Of a DNA stretch of 64,000 nucleotides, positions 38,486 through 51,200 are shown in pieces. Source of the stretch: Balanoglossus misakiensis. Lineage: Eukaryota > Animalia > Hemichordata. Position 1 is the stretch's first letter. Every line of letters starts with the position of its first letter. The notes beneath the pieces are model-generated. The model was given only the letters and a program-made list of their open reading frames with translations, searched no databases and was not told the DNA's origin. The translations under genes were made by a program, and so were the position numbers. The stretch spans positions 19,949,028 through 20,013,027 of the forward strand of contig CM082576.2 in the NCBI GenBank assembly GCA_040954595.2, given 5' to 3'.

Positions 38486-41400
38486 GTAGTCTTTCTTAGG
38501 ACATGGTAGCGTGACGTCGCATTGTAATTAACGGACGATCTTGGAAATTCGGCTATTAATGGTGAATGGACTTTCGCCTCCTTCGAACAACAACAGAGAC
38601 TGACATCGCAACAATGACGGAAAAAGTGAAGCAAATGGCCGACAAAACGAAGAGAATCGGAAAACGGGCAGGATCCTCGGCACAGACATCTGAGAATAAT
38701 ACCACCACATCAAATAGAACGACGAGTAGTGCAGGACAAACCGCCACCAGTGACTATGACAACAAGTCTGAAGGCGATGCTGGCGAACCCTTGCACAATA
38801 CAACTACAGTCCTACAGAGAAATGCAGCCCAGCGCCACTCAAGATTTTCCATTCCTGGTCTGGCAACAGCCAAAATATGTTGTTGTTTTTTCTCTTAGAA
38901 GCGACCTCAGTCTGAGCTGCATGAGAATAAACTGTAGGTTGGGAATACTTGGAATTTAGCGAGCTCAACAAAAAAACACGCAGTCGCTGCGGTCAACACG
39001 TAGCTATTAGTTTCGGTTTTATGTTCGCTACAGCTCGGAAACCAAAATGTGGTACAACTTCAAGCTACATAAACTGGAAAGCATAGTACGTGCAGAGCAG
39101 ACCATGGTGACGAAAGCAGGTATTCTAGGTCGTAAGATAAAAACACGGCGCTAGAAAAACAGTCATCAAAAGTTGCACGTGTTCCCCGGCCACAGAAAGT
39201 CCAGTCGATAAACGTTTACGCTATAGAAACTCACTCTCTCAGCAAAAGTCTGACACCCTCGTCAATGACAAAACGCAAACCGAGCTGGGTATGATCAAGT
39301 CAAACATAGGGCCAATCCCCACTCTGTGTTTTATTATTTTCCACATACGATGGTTCTAAATAAAAATGTACCTATTTGAAATGCTTACCGAGGTAAGATC
39401 ATTGAAAGTTTTCAAACGTTGATGACAAATGTATAACTGATTTTTTACAAATAAATAATCGCGCACTTGCATGTTATTTTCTCTATACCAGACACCGCGC
39501 GCGCGCCGTTGGCAAAAAAAAAAACGCTGAAAATTATTGAGCATGCGCAGTCAATACTTCATATTGTAAACAAGATGGCGTCGCTGCCTATGCTTCTGGA
39601 CCGTTGTCGCCTGACTATGTCGGCAAAGAAGAGACGAATTTAACCATGCAACGCCATATCGGAAGATAGAATGGTCGCGAGATGAAACCGGGCTATCCAA
39701 CGATTAGGCAGCCATGTTGACTGATTGGTATGTCGCCGAAGTAATTATTTGCCATTGATTTGTTTACCAGAAACGGTTTGCCTTTGAAACACATTTGGCC
39801 TCACCGAAATTGATTTCAGAGGTTTTTTCCCAAAAACTAATGACGTTCGTTTTCACCTGAGTGCGAGGATGGATTGAAGGGACACAAGCTTTTGTAGCCA
39901 CCAATATTTTGACACTCTTTATATCAATGTTGAGCTGGCATATTTGCTCCAATATGATGTAGTGTACCTGTTGCATTGAAATGAAGCTGTAATAATATTA
40001 CAGTGCAATCTAGTCCTTTGGGTTAATAGGAAAACGAGGTCAATAAATGACAGGTTTATTTAAATACATGATATATTTATCACAAGCACTTATGCATATG
40101 TATGAGATACTTATTTATTTTTAATTATTTTTTATTTTTTATTTATTTTGTACGTTCAGGTAATCAAATGGATTTGTATGGAATCACATACAAATTAATT
40201 GAAGACTATCATATCACAGAAGTCGAGCCGCCAGATGTGTAAGGTAACCATTTAGGTTTCATGACTAAGTTTGTTTAAGAATTCATAAAGCTACCCAATG
40301 AATGAATTTCCTTAAAATTTCACAAATGTGACAGAGTTTGCAGTTGTGCAAGAAAGTGTGTATTATTCACATAAGAATTTTTTCGTATGCATTTTTCTGA
40401 TGGCAATGCATTTGACTGTAAACAAATATGGATGTCAGTTAGTAGTGCTATTTTGTCAGTGAAATGGCTTCATCATCATCCCTCCAACCAAAGTTGAAAC
40501 AGAGTTGCAAATATTGCACAGCTTGAAATCATAAAATGTTGCAAAATTGAACCAACCGTTTGGTCAACGATTATGTTCTTACAGCAATTATTAGAACCAG
40601 ACAGTCTCAGGGAACAAGAGACATGGGCCTGATTTGCAAGTTGAGTTAGAACTGCCTTTGCCTGCCCACGGACGCCCCAATTTCAGCAAAAATTATTGCA
40701 TTAAAATATGAGTATGGAGAACTATGCTCTGTGTTTCTTTTGTTAGCTTACATAGCTGTTGTCATTCTAGTTTTTCCTCTGTCCTGTGAGCAGAGTTTCA
40801 GTTGCGAAAACTGACAGTTCTCAAAGTACAAAAGTACACCTAAATTGCCTCGGTGATGAGCATGCAGAATTTATCTGATGCTTCTTACTGGCAGAAGGAC
40901 CCCACCAGTTGCAGATTGTGAATTCCATGGCACAAGGGAATTTACGCTTTGCGTTCAAATATAAATAATTAAATCCTGTAAAATTATTCTATATGTTATT
41001 TATTGATGATTCAAAAGTGTTATGACTGATTGTGTTAGAGTACCTGTATTCCATATAAGCATGCTGTCAGTGCACATCCGATTGATAACAATTTCACATT
41101 TTTAAAAATTTGCTTCTCTGAATAATTATGAATACATAAAACTTCATATGATATAAATTGTCCTGATATCGTAAACATTAAACCCCGATGCGTGGTATAA
41201 AAGACCACCCAAATCAGTGGCGAATCTTAATGCCGTTTGACTGACAACAGACAACACCAACGATCTTGGCTCTAACGATCTTGGCTCTATGAAAATCGGC
41301 CCAAACAGATCCAAGCATAAAGAATTACACCACACAACGACAGTGGTTGGCTTTATAAACACACACAACATAAAGTTATCGATGAAAAAGTACACGAGCT

Positions 41401-41686
41401 TTTGAAACAACGATGATTTTGGGAGAAATCTGGTTTCAGTGCTTTTCAGAAGCATCCCTGGGAAACAATAACCACACCATTCAAACAGCTGTCAATCGCA
41501 TAGAGGTGTAAAGTGTTCAATTATTTTCTATGTACATGAGATCAATTACACAGTTATTATGCATGACGACCACTCCCAAATAAACAACTGTACAAACACA
41601 CGTTAATCCGAACCCCAGTGCTTTCCGCACCCGGGTTTAAGGCCTAATGCTAGTGTCACAACATTGATTACCAGACCGTTTCCCTC

Positions 41687-41800
41687 TGTATGTATGTATG
41701 TATGTATGTATGTATGTATGTATGTATGTATGCATGTATGCATGTGTTTGTGTGTGTGTGTACATGTGTGTATGCATGTTACATGTATATATGGATGTAT
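41687..41800. repeat. (TATG)n/(TG)n microsatellite at the 5' part of an old HINE remnant running to ~42597
   Basis: Followed by CGCGTATCACCTTGATATTTGGTGTG as in the HINE copies; ATGGGACCACAGTGT at ~42582. Confidence 0.7.
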
Positions 41801-44800
41801 GTCTGCCCTGATCCAAAACATGAAACCACTTCGCGTATCACCTTGATATTTGGTGTGTAGATGGGATTTTGCTTAAATGAAGTTGTCATTGCAAAAATAC
41901 GCAAATAACCTGTGAAATATGTGGAATTGATCAAAACTCAACAACTGGTTAGACTGCTTTACACATTTGTATGCATGTAGGTAATGTCATCATACCTGAT
42001 ATACTTTGAGTTTATATCGTGAATTGTCTATTTTTTATGCAATTATTTTGTCTTGTTTTACCATTTGAAAAAAAATCTTTTCCTCTTAAAGAGATTGGCT
42101 GATTTCTTTAGAATTTAGTATGACACTTCCGGTAGGTGATCTTAGTTAGTTTTGTTTAAATTGTCGCAGAATTTGTAATCTGTCATGTTTGGTCAAAATT
42201 CATTTTCTGAGAAACTCCTTAGATTGCTTTTAAATTTTGGTATGCTTGTTCCAAGAGGTAACCCAAGTAATGTTGTATATCATTTTGGTGAAATTTACAT
42301 ATTGTGGTCTTGGGGCAATTTTTGCAATTTGTATTCTTTGAAACTACTAGTCAGATTGCTTTCAACTTTGGTAGGCGTGGTGATTGAAGTAGATATTATA
42401 CAATTTGTTGATAGTTGGATATATGTGGTTTGAGGCAGTTTTTGTCATTGTTGAATGTTGTTTTCCCTAAAATACTTGTCTGGTTCCTTTGAAATGTTCT
42501 TACAGTAGGTCATATCTGCTTGCCAATGTCACATGATTTTTCCCATGAACACAGACATACCTAATTTTGTGTAATCCCCAGATGGGACCACAGTGTGTAA
42601 TAACCTGACCAACAGTGACTAGTATATCCTGTGTGTTATACAGTACTTCTCACAAGGTTGAAGTACATGTAGACTGTTGATGATTTTTTGCGATTCTTCA
42701 GAAACTTACAATACAGAGTCTAATGTGGTATCGTCCTTGGTCACATTCAGAACTACCTAGTCTATGCCCGGCAGTGTTCTGTCCGCTTTGCTTCCAAAAC
42801 TAATGTCTGGCCTCACTCATGCCACTTGCCCAATAAACTAATACCCCTTGCTGGGAATTATGATGTAACTAGCGTCGCTTTGAAGCCTATCACATTACTG
42901 AACAGTGTTGATTTGGTGTAAGATTATAGTGAAGGCAGGGCTTATTACATTGAAAATGCTACCCAACCTTAATTACACGTATGTATATCATTTGTCTAAT
43001 CATTGGAAAAACAATGTACATGTACCAAAGACTAAGTAGCTATTTGAAGGTGAATCGCAAGTGGGCACTTTCATTACTTAACCTCAAGCAGTCGGTAAGC
43101 TACCGTATACTAAGACAAACATTCCTGGTGTAATTAACATCACTGTCATTAGTAATATCTATCTCCAATCAGTATCAGTTCTGCCTTTATGTTATTTTAA
43201 GTCAATTGTCAAGGTTCATGTACATATATTACAGCTTAACTGTCTTGTCAAAAACTTACGCATGTACATGTACCTAATTCTAGGCTTACCTGTAGGGTTA
43301 GAGATACAGTGTTTTATATTAATATGCATTAATATGAAACTAAAATTTGATGGTTAATTTAAGACCCCCCTGAGCAATGGTAACCTCGTTAAATATGTGC
43401 ATATCTAATTCTAGGCTATTCAGCTGAAGTAGAAACCTGGACATGGACAACTTCGGGGTCAAAATCTTTTGACAAACATTTGTGTGATCTTGGGTAAACT
43501 TTGACCTACATTCCTATATTTTAGCATCCGGAGCAGATACAACCTTGACACTTGGAGTGATGGAACTATTTGATTGAGTATTATGTCTTGCCTCATTAAT
43601 TATGTACTTACCTAATGCCAGCCTAACCAATAGGGCTGGAAGTCTGGCTTTTTGGACATGATAAATTTGAGATCAACATTTTTCTACAGCAGCCAGCCTT
43701 CTCTTAAAAAGAATGGACAATATAAAGGCTTTGATGGTATACTGAACTTTTGACTCCCTCCCTGAGACTGTGTGCCAATGACGGGATAGCCTACTCAGCG
43801 TTGGGTAGATCCTAAGAAGGCCTCAGCCAGGCATCAAATACAAAAAGCAGAAATCCAAGCTTTAATGGTGGGTTACATCGTTAACTTCCCTGCAGAGCTG
43901 ATTTCTCAGACTGTGAGCCAATGACGGGTAAAGCCCCTAGGTAGGGGCCACCTAAGACAGGCTGGTCATGCTTTAATCACAAAGAAGGGCAAGTTCAGTC
44001 TTACCACAACTTTGTCTGCTGTATATGCTTCATAAAGATTGCAGAGTATTTTGAGAATACATTGTGTTAAGGCAGTGTGACCAGCTAAAAAGTACTGGCA
44101 AACACAGCCAATGTGTAATGAAAAACATCTAATTTGGCTGAATAAAAGACATAAAACACAGCAAAAGCACTGTGACTAGCTGAGACATAATACTCCATTA
44201 TGCAGTTCCATCACTCCAAGTGTCAAGGATGTATCTGTGCCGGATGCCAAGATATAGGAATGTAGGTCAAAGTTTACCCAAGATCACCCAACATTTTGTC
44301 ATAAGATTTTGACCCCAAAGTTGTCCATGTCCAGGTTTCTACCGCAACTGGATAGCCTAGAATTATATATGTACATATTTAATGAGGTTACCATGGATCA
44401 AGGCAGTCCTAAGTAAACCATCAAATTTTTAGTTTCATGTTAATTCATGTTAATATAAAACGCTGTATCTCTAACCCACTGGTATGCCATTCTGTGTTTC
44501 ATGCTACCCAATATGGGTAAGTAGGTAAAAAGTCACCCTAGGCCATTATAAATTTTCCTGAAAAAATCTCATCTCTTACATATGTACATTTGGTAAAAGG
44601 GAAATTTTAATCACGGAGTAGAACATATTCATAAAAAATATTTGAGGGAAAGAAGGAAGTTTTTCATAGCTTTGGTGCTTCAAATAGTAGAGAGGTTCCC
44701 TTGTTATCCTTAGACTCAAACTCAGAGTTTCCAATCTTTCAGTATTTTCATGATATTACTTTCCATCTTAGATTTGTTCATCTAAACAAACTGACTGATA

Positions 44801-46954
44801 GGTATACATGAACATTTTATTGACTAATGAATGTGCCTGTATGTTGCCATTTAAAAAAGTCAGATATTAAACGAGTGCCACACCTGTTTTAATCAGCCTC
44901 CATATGGAGGGTACACATCGCAGAGAGATGACAAACCCCATGCAAATTCAAGTAATATGGCTCAATGTTGCTGATTTTAAAGGATAGGTGGATGATTTGA
45001 AAAATGTTATTGTGGAAAAAGATGTGTAAAATTTGGCAGCTTGTGAGGCTTTAATTGTAAAATCTTTGAAATGTGTTTTACTCTTTAGGTCCAATTTCGT
45101 ATATGTCAATATACCATTGGGACCAATGTGAAATTGTTCTAAACTCAGAAACTCAAGAAGGTACTGGTCAGATTGCTTTAGAAATTGGTGTGTATTTATG
45201 TTATTGAGACTTTATACAGATTTTGTTTTTCATTTTTGAAGTATATTTTTGGGGTGATTTTGGTCGTCATATACTCAGAAACCTCTACCCACATTTTTTT
45301 TAAAATTTGGTTTGCATGTTCTTAGGTGTGATTTTATGACAATTTAACAAACCCAGTGATGGAAGTGACAATATTGTTTTTGTTTCTTTTTGGCAATTTC
45401 TGCCAGTTTTGTCTGATTGCTTTGCAATTTAGTTTGCAGTTTCTAGGGAATTCTTACTGTGGTGCACAAAATTCACAAAGGTGATTTACTATCCTCATGC
45501 GCTTTGTTGAACTGGCACCCTGTTGCAAAACAAACATTACAACACTCTTTGAATTGAATTCATAGCTACCAATTTTTCGGGGGTGTAGCACCTTTTTTAT
45601 GCCTAAAACTTTGATCGAGAACTTCAAATTAAATGCAACCCTCCAAATATTTGCAATATTTCAGGTAAAATGATATAATTTTAAAGCATAAATTTTGATG
45701 TATTCATAATCATTAAGAGAAACACATTTTGAAAATAGAATATTAATCACACTAGCAGTTATAATACTTTTGAATCATCACTAAAGAACATATAGAAAAA
45801 TTAAACAGGTTTTAATTTTTTATATTTGAACGCAAAGCGTAAATTCCCTTGTGCCATGGAATTGACAATCTGCAACTGGTGGGGTCCTTCTGCCAGTAAA
45901 AAGCATCAGATAAATTCTGCATGCTCATCACCGAGGCAATTTAGGTGTACTTTTGTACTTTGAGAACTGTCGGTTTTCGCAACTGAAACTCTGTTCACAG
46001 GACAGAGGAAAAACTAGAATGACAACAGCTATGTAAGCTAACAAAAGGAACACAGGGCATAGTTCTCCATACTCACATTTTAATGCAATAATTTTTGCTG
46101 AAACTGGGGCGTCCGTGGGCAGGCAAAGGCAGTTCTAACTCGACTTGCAAATAAGGCCCATGTCTCTTGTTCACTGAGATTGTCTGGTTGTAATAATAGC
46201 TGTAAGAACTTGATCATTGACCGAACTGTTGGTTCAATTTTGCAACAATTTTTGATTTCAAGCTGTGCAATATTTGCAACTCAGTTTCAACTTTGGTTGG
46301 AGGGATGATGATGAAGCCATTTCACTGACAAAATAGCGCTACTGACTGATGTCAATGTTTGTTTACAGTCAAATGCATTGCCATCATAAAAATACATGTG
46401 AGAAATTTCTTATGTGTATGATACACACTTTTGTGCATGACTGCAAACTCTGTTACAGTTGTGAAATTCTATGGGTTGAATTCATTGGGTAGAATTCATG
46501 TTTTTTGGATTCTTAAACAACCAGTCACGAAAGCTAAGTGGTTACCTCAGAGAAACTGTGTTAAATTTGGTCATCAATTGCTTTAAATCACACAAGACAT
46601 TCCCAGAGCTAAAGTTACTGCAGCAGTCAGTTTCAACTCAGCTTGCAAATTGGGATCATGTCTTGTGTTCATCGAGACTGTCTGTAGTTGAGTTGACAGT
46701 CCTATGGGGTCAATGATGAACCTACAAATGTTCTTTCCAATGAAATTGTTATAAATCTAATATTCAGGATTTGCATTCATACCTTAAACAATATAACTGT
46801 ATTGCAAATATGGCAACTCTTCTAAGTTACATTGGAACACCTTCTCGCCACTGTTTGTGCCAAAATGGTGAATAAGCTTTCATTTTCAAGCCTTAACATA
46901 GGCACCCAAAACAAGACAACAGCATTGCAAATATGGCATTTTTTGTTCAACTCT

Positions 46955-47612
46955 TCTCATTTGCATAGTCCAAAATGGCCGCCAAACTCCTCTAACATGT
47001 AAATTTCCTATGGTCGTCTTAAAAAGCGTGTAGTATCGCATTTGAAGGGTTTTCATCAATATAGGTACCTAAAACAATTTCAACGTGGTTGACATTGCAA
47101 TGTTAGACAGCTGTTCTAATTTGCATAATCTAGAATGGCCGACAAACTTCTCTAACATGTAAATTTACTATGGTTGTCTTTAATAGAGTGTAATATCGCA
47201 TTTGCAGGGTTTTCATCAATATGGGTACCTAAAACAATTTCAACGTCGTTGACATGGCAATATTAGACAGCTGTTCTAATTTGCATAATCCAAAATGGCC
47301 ACCAAACTCTTCTTAAATGTAAATTTCCCTGTTTTGTCTTATATGGTGCCTAAAATCGCATTTGCAGGGTTTTCATCAATATGGGTAACTAAAACAATTT
47401 CAGCGTGGTTGACATGGCAATATTAGACAACTGTTCTAATTTGCATAATCAAAAATGGCCGACAAACTTCTCTATTATGTAAGTTTCCCTGGTTTGTCTT
47501 ATATGGTGTGTAATATCGCATTTTCACGGTTTTAATTAATATGGGTACCTAAAACAATTTCAACGTGGTTGACATGGCAATATTAGACAACTGTTCTAAT
47601 TTGCATAATTCG
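46955..47612. repeat. 160-bp tandem repeat, about 4 units (fewer in the left arm at 17665-17890)
   Basis: GT(G/C)GTTGACAT recurs at ~47085, 47245, 47405 and 47565. Confidence 0.88.
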
Positions 47613-48215
47613 AACACCTGCTGGATAATTTAATTTTTGCCCTTCTTGTCCCATGATTATATGTGTAATATCTCATTTTCAATGTGTTTACATGTATATG
47701 CAGAATCCATTTCAAACTAAGTGGGCATATTGTAGCGCCAATCTTATTTCTTAATCCGCACCACAGAACTGATGCAAGGTTTAGGACTGGAAATGTATGT
47801 GGCCACTGGCCGACACCCCGGGCGAGAGGTCTCCAATTATTTTCAGCACGTAGTGTGCTTCCCGGTTGATAACATCAATATGTGTAAATGCCAAAAACCC
47901 GACCTATTGTAATACCAGTCAAATTTTCTTTGTCATTTACCATTTTTCTCTTGCATATGAAGGTTTTTCTTAAAGAGTACATACCCATATACATTTGTAT
48001 GGGAGCACACACCCCACCCCCTGCCAACAATAATTGGACAACTTTATTCTTCTTATACTTCTTTTTAGTCTAAACATTCATATAGAGAAGGCAACATGTT
48101 CTTGAAGCTGCTGAATATGGAAATATGATGAAGTACATTTTCCTAGTTGTACATGTACAGTATGATAGGCCCAATGTACCAATTGGAGATGTGTGCCTTA
48201 CAGGCAACATACATG

Positions 48216-51200
48216 TAGCTCTGCATGGCCTGGTTAATCAATGTTGACGCAAAGGTTGACCCCACCAAACACTCAAAATTAATGGGCACGACACTGGCCA
48301 CTAGCTCTGCATGGCCTGGTTAATCAATGTTGACGCAAAGGTTGACCCCACCAAACACTCAAAATTAATGGGCACGACACTGGCCACTAGCTCTGCATGG
48401 CCTGGTTAATCAATGTTGTCGCAAAGGTTGACCCCACCAAACACTCAAAATTAATGGGCACGACACTGGCCGCTAGCTCTGCATGGCCTGGTTAATCAAT
48501 GTTGACGCAAAGGTTGACCCCACCAAACACTCAAAATTAATGGGCACGACACTGGCCACTAGCTCTGCATGGCCTGGTTAATCAATGTTGACGCAAAGGT
48601 TGACCCCACCAAACACTCAAAATTAATGGGCACGACACTGGTCGCTAGCTCTGCATGGCCTGGTTAATCAATGTTGACGCAAAGGTTGACCCCACCAAAC
48701 ACTCAAAATTGATGGGCACGACACTGGCCGCTAGCTCTGCATGGCCTGGTTAATCAATGTTGACGCAAAGGTTGACCCCACCAAACACTCACAATTGATG
48801 GGCACGACACTGGCCACTAGCTCTGCATGGCCTGGTTAATCAATGTTGACGCAAAGGTTGACCCCACCAAACACTCACAATTGATGGGCACGACACTGGC
48901 CACTAGCTCTGCATGGCCTGGTTAATCAATGTTGACGCAAAGGTTGACCCCACCAAACACTCAAAATTGATGGGCACGACACTGGCCACTAGCTCTGCAT
49001 GGCCTGGTCAATCAATGTTGACGCAAAGGTTGACCCCACCAAACACTCAAAATTGATGGGCACGACACTGGCCACTAGCTCTGCATGGCCTGGTCAATCA
49101 ATGTTGACGCAAAGGTTGACCCCACCAAACACTCAAAATTGATGGGCACGACACTGGCCACTAGCTCTGCATGGCCTGGTTAATCAATGTTGACGCAAAG
49201 GTTGACCCCACCAAACACTCAAAATTGATGGGCACGACACTGGCCACTAGCTCTGCATGGCCTGGTTAATCAATGTTGACGCAAAGGTTGACCTCACCAA
49301 ACACTCAAAATTGATGGGCACGACACTGGCCACTAGCTCTGCATGGCCTGGTTAATCAGGGTTGACGCAAAGGTTGACCCCACCAAACACTCAAAATTGA
49401 TGGGCACGACACTGGCCACTAGCTCTGCATGGCCTGGCTAATCAAGGTTGACGCAAAGGTTGACCCCACCAAACACTCAAAATTGATGAGCACGACACTG
49501 GCCACTAGCTCTGCATGGCCTGGTTAATCAATGTTGACGCAAAGAATGACCCCACCAAACACTCAAAATTGATGGGCACGACACTGGCCACTAGCTCTGC
49601 ATGGCCTGGTTAATCAATGTTGACGCAAAGGTTGACCCCACCAAACACTCAAAATTGATGGGCACGACACTGGCCACTAGCTCTGCATGGCCTGGTTAAT
49701 CAGGGTTGACGCAAAGGTTGACCCCACCAAACACTCAAAATTGATGGGCACGACACTGGCCACTAGCTCTGCATGGCCTGGCTAATCAAGGTTGACGCAA
49801 AGGTTGACCCCACCAAACACTCAAAATTGATGGGCACGACACTGGCCACTAGCTCTGCATGGCCTGGCTAATCAATGTTGACGCAAAGAATGACCCCACC
49901 AAACACTCAAAATTGATGGGCACGACACTTGCCACTAGCTCTGCATGGCCTGGTTAATCAATGTTGACGCAAAGGTTGACCCCACCAAACACTCAAAATT
50001 GATGGGCACGACACTGGCCACTAGCTCTGCATGGCCTGGTTAATCAATGTTGACGCAAAGGTTGACCCCACCAAACACTCAAAATTGATGGGCACGACAC
50101 TGGCCACTAGCTCTGCATGGCCTGGCTAATCAAGGCCTGGCTAATCAAGGTTGATGCCAAGGTTGACCCCACCAAACACTCAAAATTGATGGGCACGACA
50201 CTGGCCACTAGCTCTGGCCTGGCTAATCAAGGCCTGGCTAATCAAGGTTGACGCAAAGGTTGACCCCACCAAACACTCAAAATTGATGGGCACGACACTG
50301 GCCACTAGCTCTGGCCTGGCTAATCAAGGTTGACGCAAAGGTTGACCCCACCAAACACTCAAAATTGATGGGCACGACACTGGCCACTAGCTCTGCATGG
50401 CCTGGCTAATCAAGGTTGACGCAAAGGTTGACCCCACAAAAACACTCAAAATTGATGGGCACGACACTGGCCACTAGCTCTGCATGGCCTGGCTAATCAA
50501 GGTTGACGCAAAGATTGACCCCACCAAACACTCAAAATTGATGGGCACGACACTGGCCACTAGCTCTGCATGGCCTGGCTAATCAAGGCCTGGCTAATCA
50601 AGGTTGATGCAAAGGTTGACCCCACCAAACACTCAAAATTGATGGGCACGACACTGGCCACTAGCTCTGGCCTGGCTAATCAAGGTTGACGCAAAGGTTG
50701 ACCCCACCAAACACTCAAAATTGATGGGCACGACACTGGCCACTAGCTCTGGCCTGGCTAATCAAGGTTGACGCAAGGGTTGACCCCACCAAACACTCAA
50801 AATTAATGGGCGCGACACTGGCCACTAAGCTCTGGCATGGCTAATCAATGTTGACGCAAGGGTTGACCCCACCAAACACTCAAAATTGATGGGCACGACA
50901 CTGGCCACTAGCTCTGGCCTGGCTAATCAAGGTTGACGCAAGGGTTGACCCCACCAAACACTCAAAATTAATGGGCGCGACACTGGCCACTAGCTCTGGC
51001 CTGGCTAATCAAGGTTGACGCAAGGGTTGACCCCACCAAACACTCAAATTTAATGGGCGCGACACTGGCCACTAGCTCTGGCCTGGCTAATCAATGTTGA
51101 CGCAAGGGTTGACCCCACCAAACACGCAAAATTGATGGGCACGACACTGGCCACTAGCTCTGGCCTGGCTAATCAATGTTGACGCAAGGGTTGACCCCAG

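Larger units (their letters stand above)
39535..48209 (-). repeat. Right arm of giant inverted duplication
   Basis: See left arm. Truncated at its outer end by the 86-bp satellite. Confidence 0.92.

Noticed and set aside
37420-38900. Exon-like, GC-richer segments and short ORFs in the spacer
   Set aside because: Stops in the candidate frames and no domain recognised; possibly TE debris.
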